Source: an uncultured Chitinophaga sp. (GTDB lineage Bacteria > Bacteroidota > Bacteroidia > UBA7662). From it: a stretch of DNA of 64,000 bases. Under the pieces are notes generated by a model. That model did no database searches. It had not been told where the DNA came from and saw only the letters and a program-made list of their open reading frames with translations. Position numbers and translations under genes: made by a program. Below are positions 39,295-48,600 of the stretch, one piece after another. The stretch's first letter is position 1. Every line of letters starts with the position of its first letter. The stretch covers positions 175,245 to 239,244 of the forward strand of contig CAZNWC010000003.1 of the NCBI GenBank assembly GCA_964577055.1. The letters run 5' to 3'.

Positions 39295-40466
39295 TGAACA
39301 GTTTGCTGCAACATATCCACTTGCGGGGCGACCGCACCATTTGGCTGATCGTTGGCATATTGACCCTCTTTTCGCTGCTGGTGGTGTATTCGTCGACTGG
39401 CACCCTGGCCTACAAAGCCCGGGGCGGGAACACCGAATATTTCCTCATCAAACACGGTGGCCTGGCGGTTGCCGGTTTGTTGATGATGTATTTCGTGCAC
39501 CACCTGCCTTCGCGCTATTTCAGCCGGTTGTCGCAGGTGGGTTTGTGGCTCAGCATTCCGCTGTTGTTGTACACCTTGGTGAAGGGTACCAGTTTAAACG
39601 AAGCCAGTCGCTGGATCACCATTCCCATCATCAACCAAACCTTCCAAAGTTCCGATTTGGCCAAGCTGGCCCTCACCATGTACCTGGCCCGTACGCTGGC
39701 CCGCAAGCAAGAAACCATCAAAAGCTGGAAGGAAGCCTTTTTGCCGGTGATTTTGCCCGTGGGTTTGGTGTGCATGCTCATTGCCCCGGCCAACCTCAGT
39801 ACGGCCATGTTGGTGTTTGCCACCAGTTTGATGGTGATGTTCATTGGCCGCATCAGCGTACGGCAAATTTTGTTGCTGCTGCTGGTAGGTGGCCTTACGC
39901 TTAGCACCTTCGTGTTTGTGAGCTATCAGGCCGGTTGGTTCCGTGCCAAAACCTGGGTAAGCAGGGTAGAAAACTTTATCTCTTCTGAACAGCAAGAAGA
40001 AGCCTTCCAAACCCAGCAGGCCAAAATAGCCATCGCTACGGGCGGGGTGGTGGGCAAAGGTCCGGGCAAAAGCACCCAACGCAACTTTTTGCCACACCCT
40101 TACAGCGACTTCATTTTTGCCACCATCATTGAAGAATACGGCATCATGGGCGGTGCTTTTGTGATGCTCATGTATTTGGGCTTGTTGTATCGGGTGACCC
40201 GCATTGTGATCAAAGCGCCCCAGGCTTTTGGTGCCTTGCTGGCCATGGGCCTGTGCCTCATGCTGGTGATGCAGGCCATGGTGAACATGGCGGTGGCGGT
40301 GAATTTGTTTCCGGTAACCGGACAAACCCTGCCGCTGGTGAGCATGGGTGGTACCTCCATCATTTTTACCAGCATTGCTTTCGGCATCATCCTCAGTGTG
40401 AGCCGCGAAATTGAACAAGAAGAAACCGGCAATCAGCCACAAACCGAAGCGAACCTTGCAGTCTGA
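39294..40466 (+). CDS. ftsW: SEDS-family peptidoglycan glycosyltransferase FtsW
   Basis: The 10-TM SEDS protein has conserved motifs (ATGGVVGKGPGKSTQRNFLP, SDFIFA). It sits between murD and murG. Confidence 0.9.
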   Translation: MNSLLQHIHLRGDRTIWLIVGILTLFSLLVVYSSTGTLAYKARGGNTEYFLIKHGGLAVAGLLMMYFVHHLPSRYFSRLSQVGLWLSIPLLLYTLVKGTSLNEASRWITIPIINQTFQSSDLAKLALTMYLARTLARKQETIKSWKEAFLPVILPVGLVCMLIAPANLSTAMLVFATSLMVMFIGRISVRQILLLLLVGGLTLSTFVFVSYQAGWFRAKTWVSRVENFISSEQQEEAFQTQQAKIAIATGGVVGKGPGKSTQRNFLPHPYSDFIFATIIEEYGIMGGAFVMLMYLGLLYRVTRIVIKAPQAFGALLAMGLCLMLVMQAMVNMAVAVNLFPVTGQTLPLVSMGGTSIIFTSIAFGIILSVSREIEQEETGNQPQTEANLAV

Positions 40467-41580
40467 ACGCACATACAAATTCATCGTGAGCGGTGGGGGT
40501 ACCGGGGGACACATCTTCCCGGCCATCAGCATTGCGCGTGCGCTGGAGGCGGCTGTGCCGGGTTGCGAGCTGCTGTTTGTGGGCGCCCAGGGCCGCATGG
40601 AAATGGAGCGTGTGCCAGCAGCGGGTTACCGCATTGTGGGCTTGCCCATTACCGGCATACAGCGGTCGTTGAGTGCGCAAAATTTGCTCTTTCCCTTCCG
40701 CTTGCTTGCCAGTATGGGTCAGGCGGCCAAGGTGGTGCGCGCTTTCCGTCCCGACGCCGTGGTTGGCGTAGGCGGTTATGCCAGCGGTCCCCTTTTGTTT
40801 GCCGCCCAACTCCGTGGCATCCCTACTTTCATCCAAGAACAAAATGCCTATGCCGGACTCACCAACAAATGGTTGGCGGGACGTGTGCGCAAGGCCTATG
40901 TGGCCTACGAGGGCATGGACAAATATTTCCCGGCCGACCGGGTGGTGTTGACGGGCAATCCCATCCGCACCGATCTTTTTGCACTTGAACACCAATCGGC
41001 TGCCAGCCTGCAGCACTTCGGATTGTTGCCCAACAAGCCCGTGCTGCTGGTCATTGGTGGCAGTTTGGGTGCCCGCACGCTCAACGAATCGGTGCATGCC
41101 GGTTTGGACGCCTTGGTGGCTGCCGGTGTGCAGCTCATTTGGCAAACAGGCAAGGCCTATGCGGGCAAAGCTGCCGAAGCCGTGGCGCCGTTCAAGGACC
41201 AAGGCATTTTCACCGCGCCTTTCATCGACCGTATGGATTTGGCCTTCAGTGCTGCCAACCTCATTGTGTCGCGCGCGGGTGCCGGCACTATCAGTGAATT
41301 GGCGGTGGTGGGCAAGCCCGTGATTTTGGTGCCTTCGCCCCATGTGGCCGAAGACCACCAAACCAAAAACGCCAAGGCCCTGGCCCAACGCAATGCCGCC
41401 ATCCTCATTCCCGACGATGCCGCCCGCGAAGAGCTCATGGGCGCTGCCATGCGTTTGCTGAAAGATGTAGACGGCTGCAACCGCTTGTCGGCCCAGCTCA
41501 AGCAGTTCGACCGCCGCAATGCAGCTGCCGAAATTGCTGCGGACATTTTGAACGAAATAGCGAAAGGAGGCAAGCGATGA
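40411..41580 (+). CDS. murG: undecaprenyldiphospho-muramoylpentapeptide beta-N-acetylglucosaminyltransferase
   Basis: The protein has the motifs SGGGTGGHIFPAI and a C-terminal TISELAVVGKPVILVP...HQTKNA. The track start (40411) overlaps ftsW by 56 nt. The real start is probably an alternative codon near 40456-40486 (TTG at 40456). Confidence 0.85.
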   Translation: MNKKKPAISHKPKRTLQSERTYKFIVSGGGTGGHIFPAISIARALEAAVPGCELLFVGAQGRMEMERVPAAGYRIVGLPITGIQRSLSAQNLLFPFRLLASMGQAAKVVRAFRPDAVVGVGGYASGPLLFAAQLRGIPTFIQEQNAYAGLTNKWLAGRVRKAYVAYEGMDKYFPADRVVLTGNPIRTDLFALEHQSAASLQHFGLLPNKPVLLVIGGSLGARTLNESVHAGLDALVAAGVQLIWQTGKAYAGKAAEAVAPFKDQGIFTAPFIDRMDLAFSAANLIVSRAGAGTISELAVVGKPVILVPSPHVAEDHQTKNAKALAQRNAAILIPDDAAREELMGAAMRLLKDVDGCNRLSAQLKQFDRRNAAAEIAADILNEIAKGGKR

Positions 41581-42938
41581 TTGCTGCACGTTTCGATCGT
41601 TTTTATTTTATTGGCATTGGCGGTATTGGCATGAGTGCCATTGCGCGGCTTTTGCTGCAGCGCGGGTTCACCGTGGCCGGTTACGACAAAACCCCTTCGG
41701 AACTTACCGACGCTTTGGCTGCCGAGGGCGCGCAGATTTCGTTTGCCGATGAGGTGAGCAGCATTCCGGCCGCCTGCACCGATGCCAGTCGCACCTTGGT
41801 GATTGTTACGCCTGCCGTTCCGGCCCAAAACGCCATTCCCCAGTGGTTTGCCGCAAAAGGTTTTGAGCAGGTAAAACGCGCCAAGGCCTTGGGCATGATT
41901 ACCGCCGACGGCATTTGTTTGGCCGTTGCCGGCACCCACGGCAAAACCACCACCACCACCTTGCTGGCGCATTTGCTCATGGCGGCAGGTTACGAATTCA
42001 CCGCTTTGCTGGGTGGGGTAAGTGCCAACTACCAAAGCAATTTGCTGCAAACGGGCACGAAATATTTTGTGACCGAGGCCGATGAATTCGACCGTTCGTT
42101 CCTGCAGCTTCGTCCGGCCCATGCCGCCATCACCAGCATGGATGCCGACCATTTAGACATTTACGGAACCGAAGCGCAGATGCATGCGGCCTATGCCGAA
42201 TTTGCCGCGCTTTGCAGCCATACCCTGGTGTACCATGCCGGTTTGCCATTGCCGCTGCATGGCACCGCCAGGGCCATCACTTACGGAGAAAGGGGCGCCG
42301 TTCAAGCCCAAAACATCCGCGTGGAGAACGGCGAATTTGTGTTCGACTACGTAGGTGCGCAAACCATTGCCAACATCCACTGCGGCATGCCTGGTTTGCA
42401 CAACATCGAAAACGCTTTGGCCGCCATTACCCTGGCCTTGCAGGTGGGGGTTGATGCAGCGGTCATCCGCACAGCCATGGCCTCTTTCCGCGGGGTGAAG
42501 CGCCGTTTTGAGCGCATTTACAGCGGTGCCGGCAAGGTGTTCATCGACGATTACGCCCACCATCCCACCGAAATCAATGCTTTGGTGGCCTCGGTGCGCC
42601 GTATGTATCCCGGCAAAAAGGTGCTGGGTGTGTTTCAGCCGCATTTGTTCAGCCGCACGCGCGACTTCCTCGCCGGTTTTGCCGAAAGCCTCGGTGCTTT
42701 AGACGAATGCCTGTTGCTCGATATCTATCCCGCCCGTGAACTGCCCATCGAAGGCATTAGCTCGGCGGTATTGCAAGCCAAAATTGGTGACCACTGTCGC
42801 CTTTTGGGCAAAAACGACTTGGTAGCAGCCGTGCTTCAGTTAGATTGGGATGTGCTGCTCACCATTGGTGCTGGCGACATCGACCGCCTGGTGCAGCCCC
42901 TGGCCGAAGCCCTTATACAGCAGGAGGTGCGCGCATGA
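41577..42938 (+). CDS. murC: UDP-N-acetylmuramate--L-alanine ligase
   Basis: A Rossmann start (FYFIGIGGIGMSAIA) and the P-loop GTHGKTTTTTL are present. The ATGA overlaps murG. Confidence 0.9.
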   Translation: MIAARFDRFYFIGIGGIGMSAIARLLLQRGFTVAGYDKTPSELTDALAAEGAQISFADEVSSIPAACTDASRTLVIVTPAVPAQNAIPQWFAAKGFEQVKRAKALGMITADGICLAVAGTHGKTTTTTLLAHLLMAAGYEFTALLGGVSANYQSNLLQTGTKYFVTEADEFDRSFLQLRPAHAAITSMDADHLDIYGTEAQMHAAYAEFAALCSHTLVYHAGLPLPLHGTARAITYGERGAVQAQNIRVENGEFVFDYVGAQTIANIHCGMPGLHNIENALAAITLALQVGVDAAVIRTAMASFRGVKRRFERIYSGAGKVFIDDYAHHPTEINALVASVRRMYPGKKVLGVFQPHLFSRTRDFLAGFAESLGALDECLLLDIYPARELPIEGISSAVLQAKIGDHCRLLGKNDLVAAVLQLDWDVLLTIGAGDIDRLVQPLAEALIQQEVRA

Positions 42939-43702
42939 AGCTGCTCAAAAAAATAGGCATTGTGCTGGCCCATGTGCTGGTGGTAGCCGGACTCTTCGTG
43001 GCCTTTGGTTTCATCCGTCAGGAGCGCGACGGGGCCGTGGTGAAAGACCTCGACCTGCGCGTAGACCACGAGGGCGGCAGCTACTTCATCGACCGCGAGG
43101 GGGTGTTGCAGCAATTGCGCCGTGCCGGTTTCAAACGTTTGGAAGGCATGCGGCTCGACAGCCTCAACCTGCTGGCCATCGAAAAAGCCATCGCCAAAAA
43201 TCCCTATGTGGCCACGGCCGAAGCCTACATCGATATGCAGGGCCACCTGAGCATTAGGGTTACCCAACGCCAGCCGGTGTTACGCATCATAAACCGCTAC
43301 ATGGAAAGCTTTTATGTAGATGCCGACGGCCGCACCATGCCCTCGAGCAGCAATTACGCCGCACCCGTGATGGTGGCCAGTGGCAACATTGGCGACAGGC
43401 CTGCGCCGGGCGATACCCTCCGCAGTGAGGCCGCCAATCAGGTGTTTGTGATGAACGAATACCTGCGCAACAACGAGCTGTACACCGCCCTTTTTGTGCA
43501 GGTGTATGTGAATGCCGAGGGCGAGCTCGAACTCGTACCCCGCGTGGGCAACCACACCGTATTGGTGGGCGACCCCAGCGACATGGACGAAAAAATGGAA
43601 AAACTATTGGCCTTGTACCGCACCGCCCTCGACAAAGAAGGCTGGGAGCAATACCGGCAGATAAACGTAAAATTTAAGGATCAGGTGATATGCAAAAGGT
43701 AA
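42935..43702 (+). CDS. ftsQ: cell division protein FtsQ
   Basis: There is an N-terminal TM helix (IGIVLAHVLVVAGLFVAF). POTRA-like and FtsQ beta domains follow. The start is the internal ATG (aa 31 of the track ORF), in an ATGA overlap with the murC stop. Confidence 0.8.
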   Translation: MKLLKKIGIVLAHVLVVAGLFVAFGFIRQERDGAVVKDLDLRVDHEGGSYFIDREGVLQQLRRAGFKRLEGMRLDSLNLLAIEKAIAKNPYVATAEAYIDMQGHLSIRVTQRQPVLRIINRYMESFYVDADGRTMPSSSNYAAPVMVASGNIGDRPAPGDTLRSEAANQVFVMNEYLRNNELYTALFVQVYVNAEGELELVPRVGNHTVLVGDPSDMDEKMEKLLALYRTALDKEGWEQYRQINVKFKDQVICKR

Positions 43703-45018
43703 GCAAGCCCGAAATCAAGTCGGAGATCATAGTAGGTCTCGACATCGGAACAACAAAAATCTGCGCCATTGTGGGTGCCCGCAACGAGTACGGTAAAATG
43801 GAAGTGCTGGGCATGGGCAAGGCCGAGTCGCTCGGCGTTACCCGGGGTGTGGTGAGCAACATCGAAAAAACGGTGGAAGCCATCCGCAAGGCCATCAAGG
43901 AGGCCGAAGATGAGTCGGGCATCGACATCCGCGTGGTGAACGTGGGCATTGCCGGGCAGCACATCCAAAGCCAACAGCACCGCAACATGATCACGCGCCA
44001 GAGCATGGACGATGAAATTGCGCAAGCCGACATTGACAAGCTGGTAGACATGATGCACCGCATTCCCCAGCAACCGGGTTACGACATCATCCACGTGCTG
44101 CCGCAGGAGTTCATTGTCGACAACGAAGTGGGCATCAAAGACCCCATTGGCATGAGCGGCATCCGCTTGGAGGCCAACTTCCACATTATCACCGGTCACG
44201 TGACGGCTGCCAACAACCTCTACAAATGTGTGCGCAAGGCCGGTTTGGAGGTCGATGAGCTCATCCTCGAGCCTTTGGCCTCGTCGGATGCCGTGCTGAG
44301 CGACGAAGAAAAAGAAGCCGGTGTGGTACTCGTAGACATTGGCGGCGGCACCACCGACATCGCCATCTTCCAAGACGGCATCATCCGCCACACGGCTGTG
44401 ATTCCGTTTGGGGGCAACATCATCACCGAAGACATCAAGGAGGGCTGCACCGTATTGCGGCAGCAGGCCGAATTGCTCAAAATCCGCTTTGGCTCGGCCC
44501 TGGCCAGCGAAACCAGCGACAACGAAATCGTATCGATTCCTGGTTTGCGTGGCCGCGAGCCCAAAGAAATTTCGGTGCGCAACCTGGCCAACATCATCCA
44601 GGCGCGCATCGAAGAAATCATTGAGCTGGTGCATTACGAAATCAAGGCCTCGGGTTACGAGAAAAAGCTCATTGCCGGCATCGTGCTCACGGGCGGTGGT
44701 GCGCAGCTCAAAAACCTGCGTCCGCTGGTAGAATACCTCACAGGTATGGATGTTCGCATTGGCACCCCCAACGAGCATTTGGCGCGTGGCGACAACGACA
44801 TCAAGAGTCCGATGTACGCCACCGGCATTGGGTTGGTGCTCAAGGGCCTCAACCGCCAGCAGCGCAAGGCAGCCGCCGAAAAGGGCAAGGGCAAGGCCAA
44901 AGATGGTCGTCCTGACGCCGGCAAACGCACCGGCGGCGGTTTCCTCGACCGCATCATTCAAATGGGCAAGGAGTGGATCGAAGACCCCGAGCTCAAAGAC
45001 AGCAAAGATTTTAAATAA
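43690..45018 (+). CDS. ftsA: cell division protein FtsA
   Basis: This is an actin-fold ATPase. It has the motifs IVGLDIGTTKICAIVG, VVLVDIGGGTTDIAIF and GIVLTGGGAQLKNL. There is a C-terminal amphipathic tail. Confidence 0.9.
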   Translation: MQKVSKPEIKSEIIVGLDIGTTKICAIVGARNEYGKMEVLGMGKAESLGVTRGVVSNIEKTVEAIRKAIKEAEDESGIDIRVVNVGIAGQHIQSQQHRNMITRQSMDDEIAQADIDKLVDMMHRIPQQPGYDIIHVLPQEFIVDNEVGIKDPIGMSGIRLEANFHIITGHVTAANNLYKCVRKAGLEVDELILEPLASSDAVLSDEEKEAGVVLVDIGGGTTDIAIFQDGIIRHTAVIPFGGNIITEDIKEGCTVLRQQAELLKIRFGSALASETSDNEIVSIPGLRGREPKEISVRNLANIIQARIEEIIELVHYEIKASGYEKKLIAGIVLTGGGAQLKNLRPLVEYLTGMDVRIGTPNEHLARGDNDIKSPMYATGIGLVLKGLNRQQRKAAAEKGKGKAKDGRPDAGKRTGGGFLDRIIQMGKEWIEDPELKDSKDFK

Positions 45019-45050
45019 CCACTGGAAAAGAATATCAAATCATCACGGAT

Positions 45051-46661
45051 ATGACTACGCTAAACAACAACCTCGTTTTCGACCTGCCCAAAGCACGCCC
45101 CAACATCATCAAGGTGATTGGTGTGGGTGGGGCTGGCGGCAATGCCGTAAACCACATGTACACCTTGGGCATCAAGGATGTAGATTTTTTGGTGACCAAC
45201 ACCGACTACCAAGCGCTCGAAAAAAGCGCTGTACCCCACCGCATTCAGCTGGGCCCATCGCTCACCGAAGGGCGGGGCGCTGGCAACCAGCCCGAAATTG
45301 GCCGGAATGCCGCCATTGAAAACATTGAAGATGTAAAAGTGCACCTCGGCAAAGAAACCCGCATGGTATTCGTTACGGCCGGCATGGGTGGTGGTACGGG
45401 TACAGGTGCGGCTCCTGTGATTGCGCAGGCTTGCCGCGAATTGGGCATCCTCACCGTGGGCATCGTTACGCTTCCGTTTAATTTTGAAGGCCGCAAGCGC
45501 CGCGAACAAGCCGAGCGTGGTTTGGATGAGATGCGCCAGCATTGCGACACCACCTTGGTGATCAGCAACGACAAAGTGCGTGAAATTTACGGCAACCTCG
45601 CCTTCGACAAGGCCTTTGCCCGTGCCGACGATGTGTTGGCCACAGCCGCCAAGGGCATTGCCGAAATCATTACGGTGGAAGGTTATGTAAACGTGGACTT
45701 TGCCGACGTGAAAAACGTGCTGGAAGCCAGTGGCAAAGCCGTAATGGGCAGCGCTGTGGCCGAAGGCGAAGGTCGCGCCCTGCGTGCCGTGGAAGAAGCC
45801 CTGGCATCGCCGCTGTTGAGCGACAACGACATCACCGGTGCCCGCAGCATCCTGCTCAACATCAGTTCAGGTGCCGATCAAATCACCCTCGACGAAATCG
45901 GCGAAATCAACGACTATGTGCAAGACATTGCCGGTGGCGATACCGACATCATTTGGGGTAACTGCACCGACGAATCGCTCGAAAACGGCATCCGCGTGAC
46001 CGTGATTGCGACCGGTTTTGCAGGTGGTCAGCAACTCGCCCGCAAGGTAATGTCGCTGGCCGACGAAAAGCCCGCTGCTGCGCCTGCCGTTGCGCCCGCT
46101 CCCAAGCCGGTAAACACCGTCCGCGACGGCCGCGAGCTCACCATCCACACCCTCGACACCCAGGCTGCTGCGCCTGCTGCACCAGCACCCGCCGAGCCAG
46201 CTGCGCCTGCCCAGCCCGAGTTGTTTGAGATGGAGCTGAAGGTAAAGGGCGAAACCCCTGCACCTGCCCCCGCACCGCAGGCCGAGCCCGTAAACGAACC
46301 CAAGGTGGTGAAATCGTTGTACGAGAACTTTGAAGACCCCGCCAACATCAGCACCATCGATGTGGCCGAAAATACCGTTGCCGAAGCCGAGCCACGCAGC
46401 TTCAACGACATGCTGTCGAAGTCGCTGCAGCGCATCCAAACCCTCCGCGGCATGAACACCGTACGCCGGGTAGATGCCAATGAGTTGGAGAGCCTCGAAA
46501 AGCAGCCTGCCTATATGCGCCGCGGCGTCGACCTCGATCCGGTTGCCCACAGCAGCGAGCCCACGGTGAGCCGCTACACCCTCAGCAACCAGCAGGGCGA
46601 AGAAAACAAGCGCCCCGAAATCCGCCCCAACAACTCCTTCCTCCACGACAACGTGGACTAA
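45051..46661 (+). CDS. ftsZ: cell division GTPase FtsZ with long Pro/Ala-rich C-terminal linker
   Basis: The tubulin signature GGGTGTGAAPVIA and T7 loop NVDFADV are present. The linker at ~46060-46320 encodes PA-rich repeats (AAPAVAPAPKP...AAPAAPAPAEPAAPAQPE...PAPAPAPQAEP). A conserved C-terminal peptide follows. Confidence 0.95.
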   Translation: MTTLNNNLVFDLPKARPNIIKVIGVGGAGGNAVNHMYTLGIKDVDFLVTNTDYQALEKSAVPHRIQLGPSLTEGRGAGNQPEIGRNAAIENIEDVKVHLGKETRMVFVTAGMGGGTGTGAAPVIAQACRELGILTVGIVTLPFNFEGRKRREQAERGLDEMRQHCDTTLVISNDKVREIYGNLAFDKAFARADDVLATAAKGIAEIITVEGYVNVDFADVKNVLEASGKAVMGSAVAEGEGRALRAVEEALASPLLSDNDITGARSILLNISSGADQITLDEIGEINDYVQDIAGGDTDIIWGNCTDESLENGIRVTVIATGFAGGQQLARKVMSLADEKPAAAPAVAPAPKPVNTVRDGRELTIHTLDTQAAAPAAPAPAEPAAPAQPELFEMELKVKGETPAPAPAPQAEPVNEPKVVKSLYENFEDPANISTIDVAENTVAEAEPRSFNDMLSKSLQRIQTLRGMNTVRRVDANELESLEKQPAYMRRGVDLDPVAHSSEPTVSRYTLSNQQGEENKRPEIRPNNSFLHDNVD

Positions 46662-46687
46662 GCGAGCTTTTACTATCCTGACGATGA

Positions 46688-46716
46688 AGCCCTGGCAAAA
46701 AGCCGGGGCTTTTTGT
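46688..46716 (+). terminator. intrinsic terminator of ftsZ
   Basis: AGCCCTGGC-aaaaa-GCCGGGGCT is followed by TTTTTGTATT. Confidence 0.7.
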
Positions 46717-46790
46717 ATTCAAAATTCAAAATTCAAGATTCAAAAGGGGCTGCAGCTGCGCTGCAGGGGGAATTCGGGATTTGCCATTTG
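46714..46790. repeat. intergenic repeat module copy 1 (ATTCAAA tandem run + GGGGCTGCAGCTGCGCTGCAGGGGG + ATTCGGGATTTGCCATT)
   Basis: It is near-identical to copy 2 at 46946-47000 / 47069-47088. It contains nested palindromes (two PstI-like CTGCAG sites plus GCAGCTGC). Confidence 0.75.
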
Positions 46791-46945
46791 AAATTCGCGA
46801 TTTGTGATTGGCCTTCAGCTGCGCTGCAGGCAAATACCCCTCCATGCGGACCATAAATTTGGTCTAACCCCAAATTTTCTGCGTTCCAAAATGTATCGTC
46901 CTTCTCCCCTGGAGAAGGATAAGAGGATGAGGCCTTCTCAGGCTT

Positions 46946-47088
46946 TTGTATTCAAAATTCAAGATTCAAAAGGGGGCTGCAGCTGCGCTGCAGGGGGTTC
47001 AAAGTTCAAAGTTCAAGTTGAGCGCAGCGAAATCCCGCAAGGCGGGGGTTCAAAGGGGAGTGTGTTTGGGATTCGGGGTTTGCCATTC
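46946..47088. repeat. intergenic repeat module copy 2 (with a 70-bp internal TTCAAAG-rich insert)
   Basis: TTGTATTCAAAATTCAAGATTCAAAAGGGGGCTGCAGCTGCGCTGCAGGGGG is followed by ...ATTCGGGGTTTGCCATT. The copy contains one fewer AAATTCA unit than copy 1. Confidence 0.75.
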
Positions 47089-47230
47089 CGTTAGCGTCTA
47101 CCCCCTTTTGAACTCCTCATTTCACACAGCCATCAAACGATTTACATCTTCAGATGCGTTTGGTTGAACACAGCATTGCTGACGCTAATTTGCAGCCCAA
47201 TGTTGAATTGCTGTGTTAATGGCAGCAAAA

Positions 47231-48589
47231 TCAATCATCAAAGTTTATCTCCTCGTCCCATTCATAGAGCAAGTCGCTAATATCGTATCCCAAACCGGCA
47301 GCTTTCATAGCCATTTTTCTTGCTTCATGCACATTCCCCAATTGGTAATATAGAATAACGGCCTTATTGAAATAGGCAGCACTATTTTCTGGGTTATATT
47401 TCAAATACGTATCAAAGTCGGCCAAAGCGGCACAGGCATTTTTTAATTGAAGATGGCAGTAGCCTCGTTCGAAATAGGCATCTTTTATTTCAGGATGCAG
47501 GTCGATGGAGGCGTTAAAAAGTACGAGCGCTTCTTTGTATTTTTCTTCCTCGTAGAGGTTTAACCCGTAGCCGTAAATCTTCAAGGTTTCAACCGTATCA
47601 GCCCTATTGATATAGGTTTGGTACTGCTCATTGGCTGCTTTTAGCCCCTTCCAGGCATAGAGGTTAATGGTTTCAAAAAGCAGCCTCGTTTTGATGTCAG
47701 CACTATCTGTCTCAAGTAATTTCATGCGCTTTAGGTCCCTTGCGGCTTTGCGGTAGTTTCCAGTGGCCATATGTATTTGACAGCTAATCTCGTATGACAT
47801 CCAATTGTGGCCAAGGTTAAGCGTGTACTGATCCAAATAATGCTTTGCATTTTCATAGTCTCCTATTTTTATAAATATCGAGGCAAGAGCGACAAAATCA
47901 GATTTGAAAGCATCGGGCATTTTGAGATAAGCAATGAAATCGTTCGCAGCGCCTTGGTAGTCCTTTTTCCAATACCTTGCATATGCTCGATCGCGATTGA
48001 ATAAGGTAGGTACATTGAATTTTTCTATCAGCATGGTAAATGCCTTCTCTGCTCCTTCATAGTCTTCAATGCCAAATAAATAATTACCTTTGGTAATCAT
48101 CACAAGAATGGGGTCAATGGCAAGTTTTTCCGCTTTTGCAATCCAATCTGCTGCCTCATTGTACTGTTCCAATGCTATGTAGCTGTCGGCCAATGCCAGT
48201 GGAATGTCTAAATTATTTGAATCAAGTTGAAACGCTTTTGAGTAATCAGAAATGGCTGATTTTTCTTCAAATAAACGGCTATATGCCTTGCCTCGACCGA
48301 ACCAGGCATCTGGCTTTGAGCTATCGAGCGACAGGCAAATACTGAAATCCTCTATTGCCCCCTGATAATCATAAAGCCTAAGCTTTATTTTTCCTCTTAG
48401 TTCAAAAAAATCGGTTGCACTATCAGACAATACAATTGCCTCATTCAAATACGAAAGAGCCCGGTCGAATTCTTCTAACTCAAATAAAACTTGAGCAGTT
48501 CGGAAATTGGTTTGATCACATGGTTGCGCTACAGCTGTAGATGCAAACAAAAGGATTGTTATGATTGGGATTGAGAGTTTGTTTTTCAT
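47231..48589 (-). CDS. TPR-repeat protein with signal peptide
   Basis: The signal peptide is MKNKLSIPIITILLFASTAVAQP. At least 8 TPR-like 34-aa repeats are present (W/LG/Y, A/F/Y, A/P spacing). Codon usage is AT-richer than neighbouring genes. Confidence 0.7.
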   Translation of the reverse strand: MKNKLSIPIITILLFASTAVAQPCDQTNFRTAQVLFELEEFDRALSYLNEAIVLSDSATDFFELRGKIKLRLYDYQGAIEDFSICLSLDSSKPDAWFGRGKAYSRLFEEKSAISDYSKAFQLDSNNLDIPLALADSYIALEQYNEAADWIAKAEKLAIDPILVMITKGNYLFGIEDYEGAEKAFTMLIEKFNVPTLFNRDRAYARYWKKDYQGAANDFIAYLKMPDAFKSDFVALASIFIKIGDYENAKHYLDQYTLNLGHNWMSYEISCQIHMATGNYRKAARDLKRMKLLETDSADIKTRLLFETINLYAWKGLKAANEQYQTYINRADTVETLKIYGYGLNLYEEEKYKEALVLFNASIDLHPEIKDAYFERGYCHLQLKNACAALADFDTYLKYNPENSAAYFNKAVILYYQLGNVHEARKMAMKAAGLGYDISDLLYEWDEEINFDD

Positions 48590-48600
48590 GACGTTGATTT

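Noticed and set aside
46804-47167. 96-aa and 73-aa plus-strand ORFs in the ftsZ-downstream repeat block
   Set aside because: They are composed largely of the translated repeats (KFKVQ, CSCAAGG). No start context is present. They are better explained as noncoding repeats.
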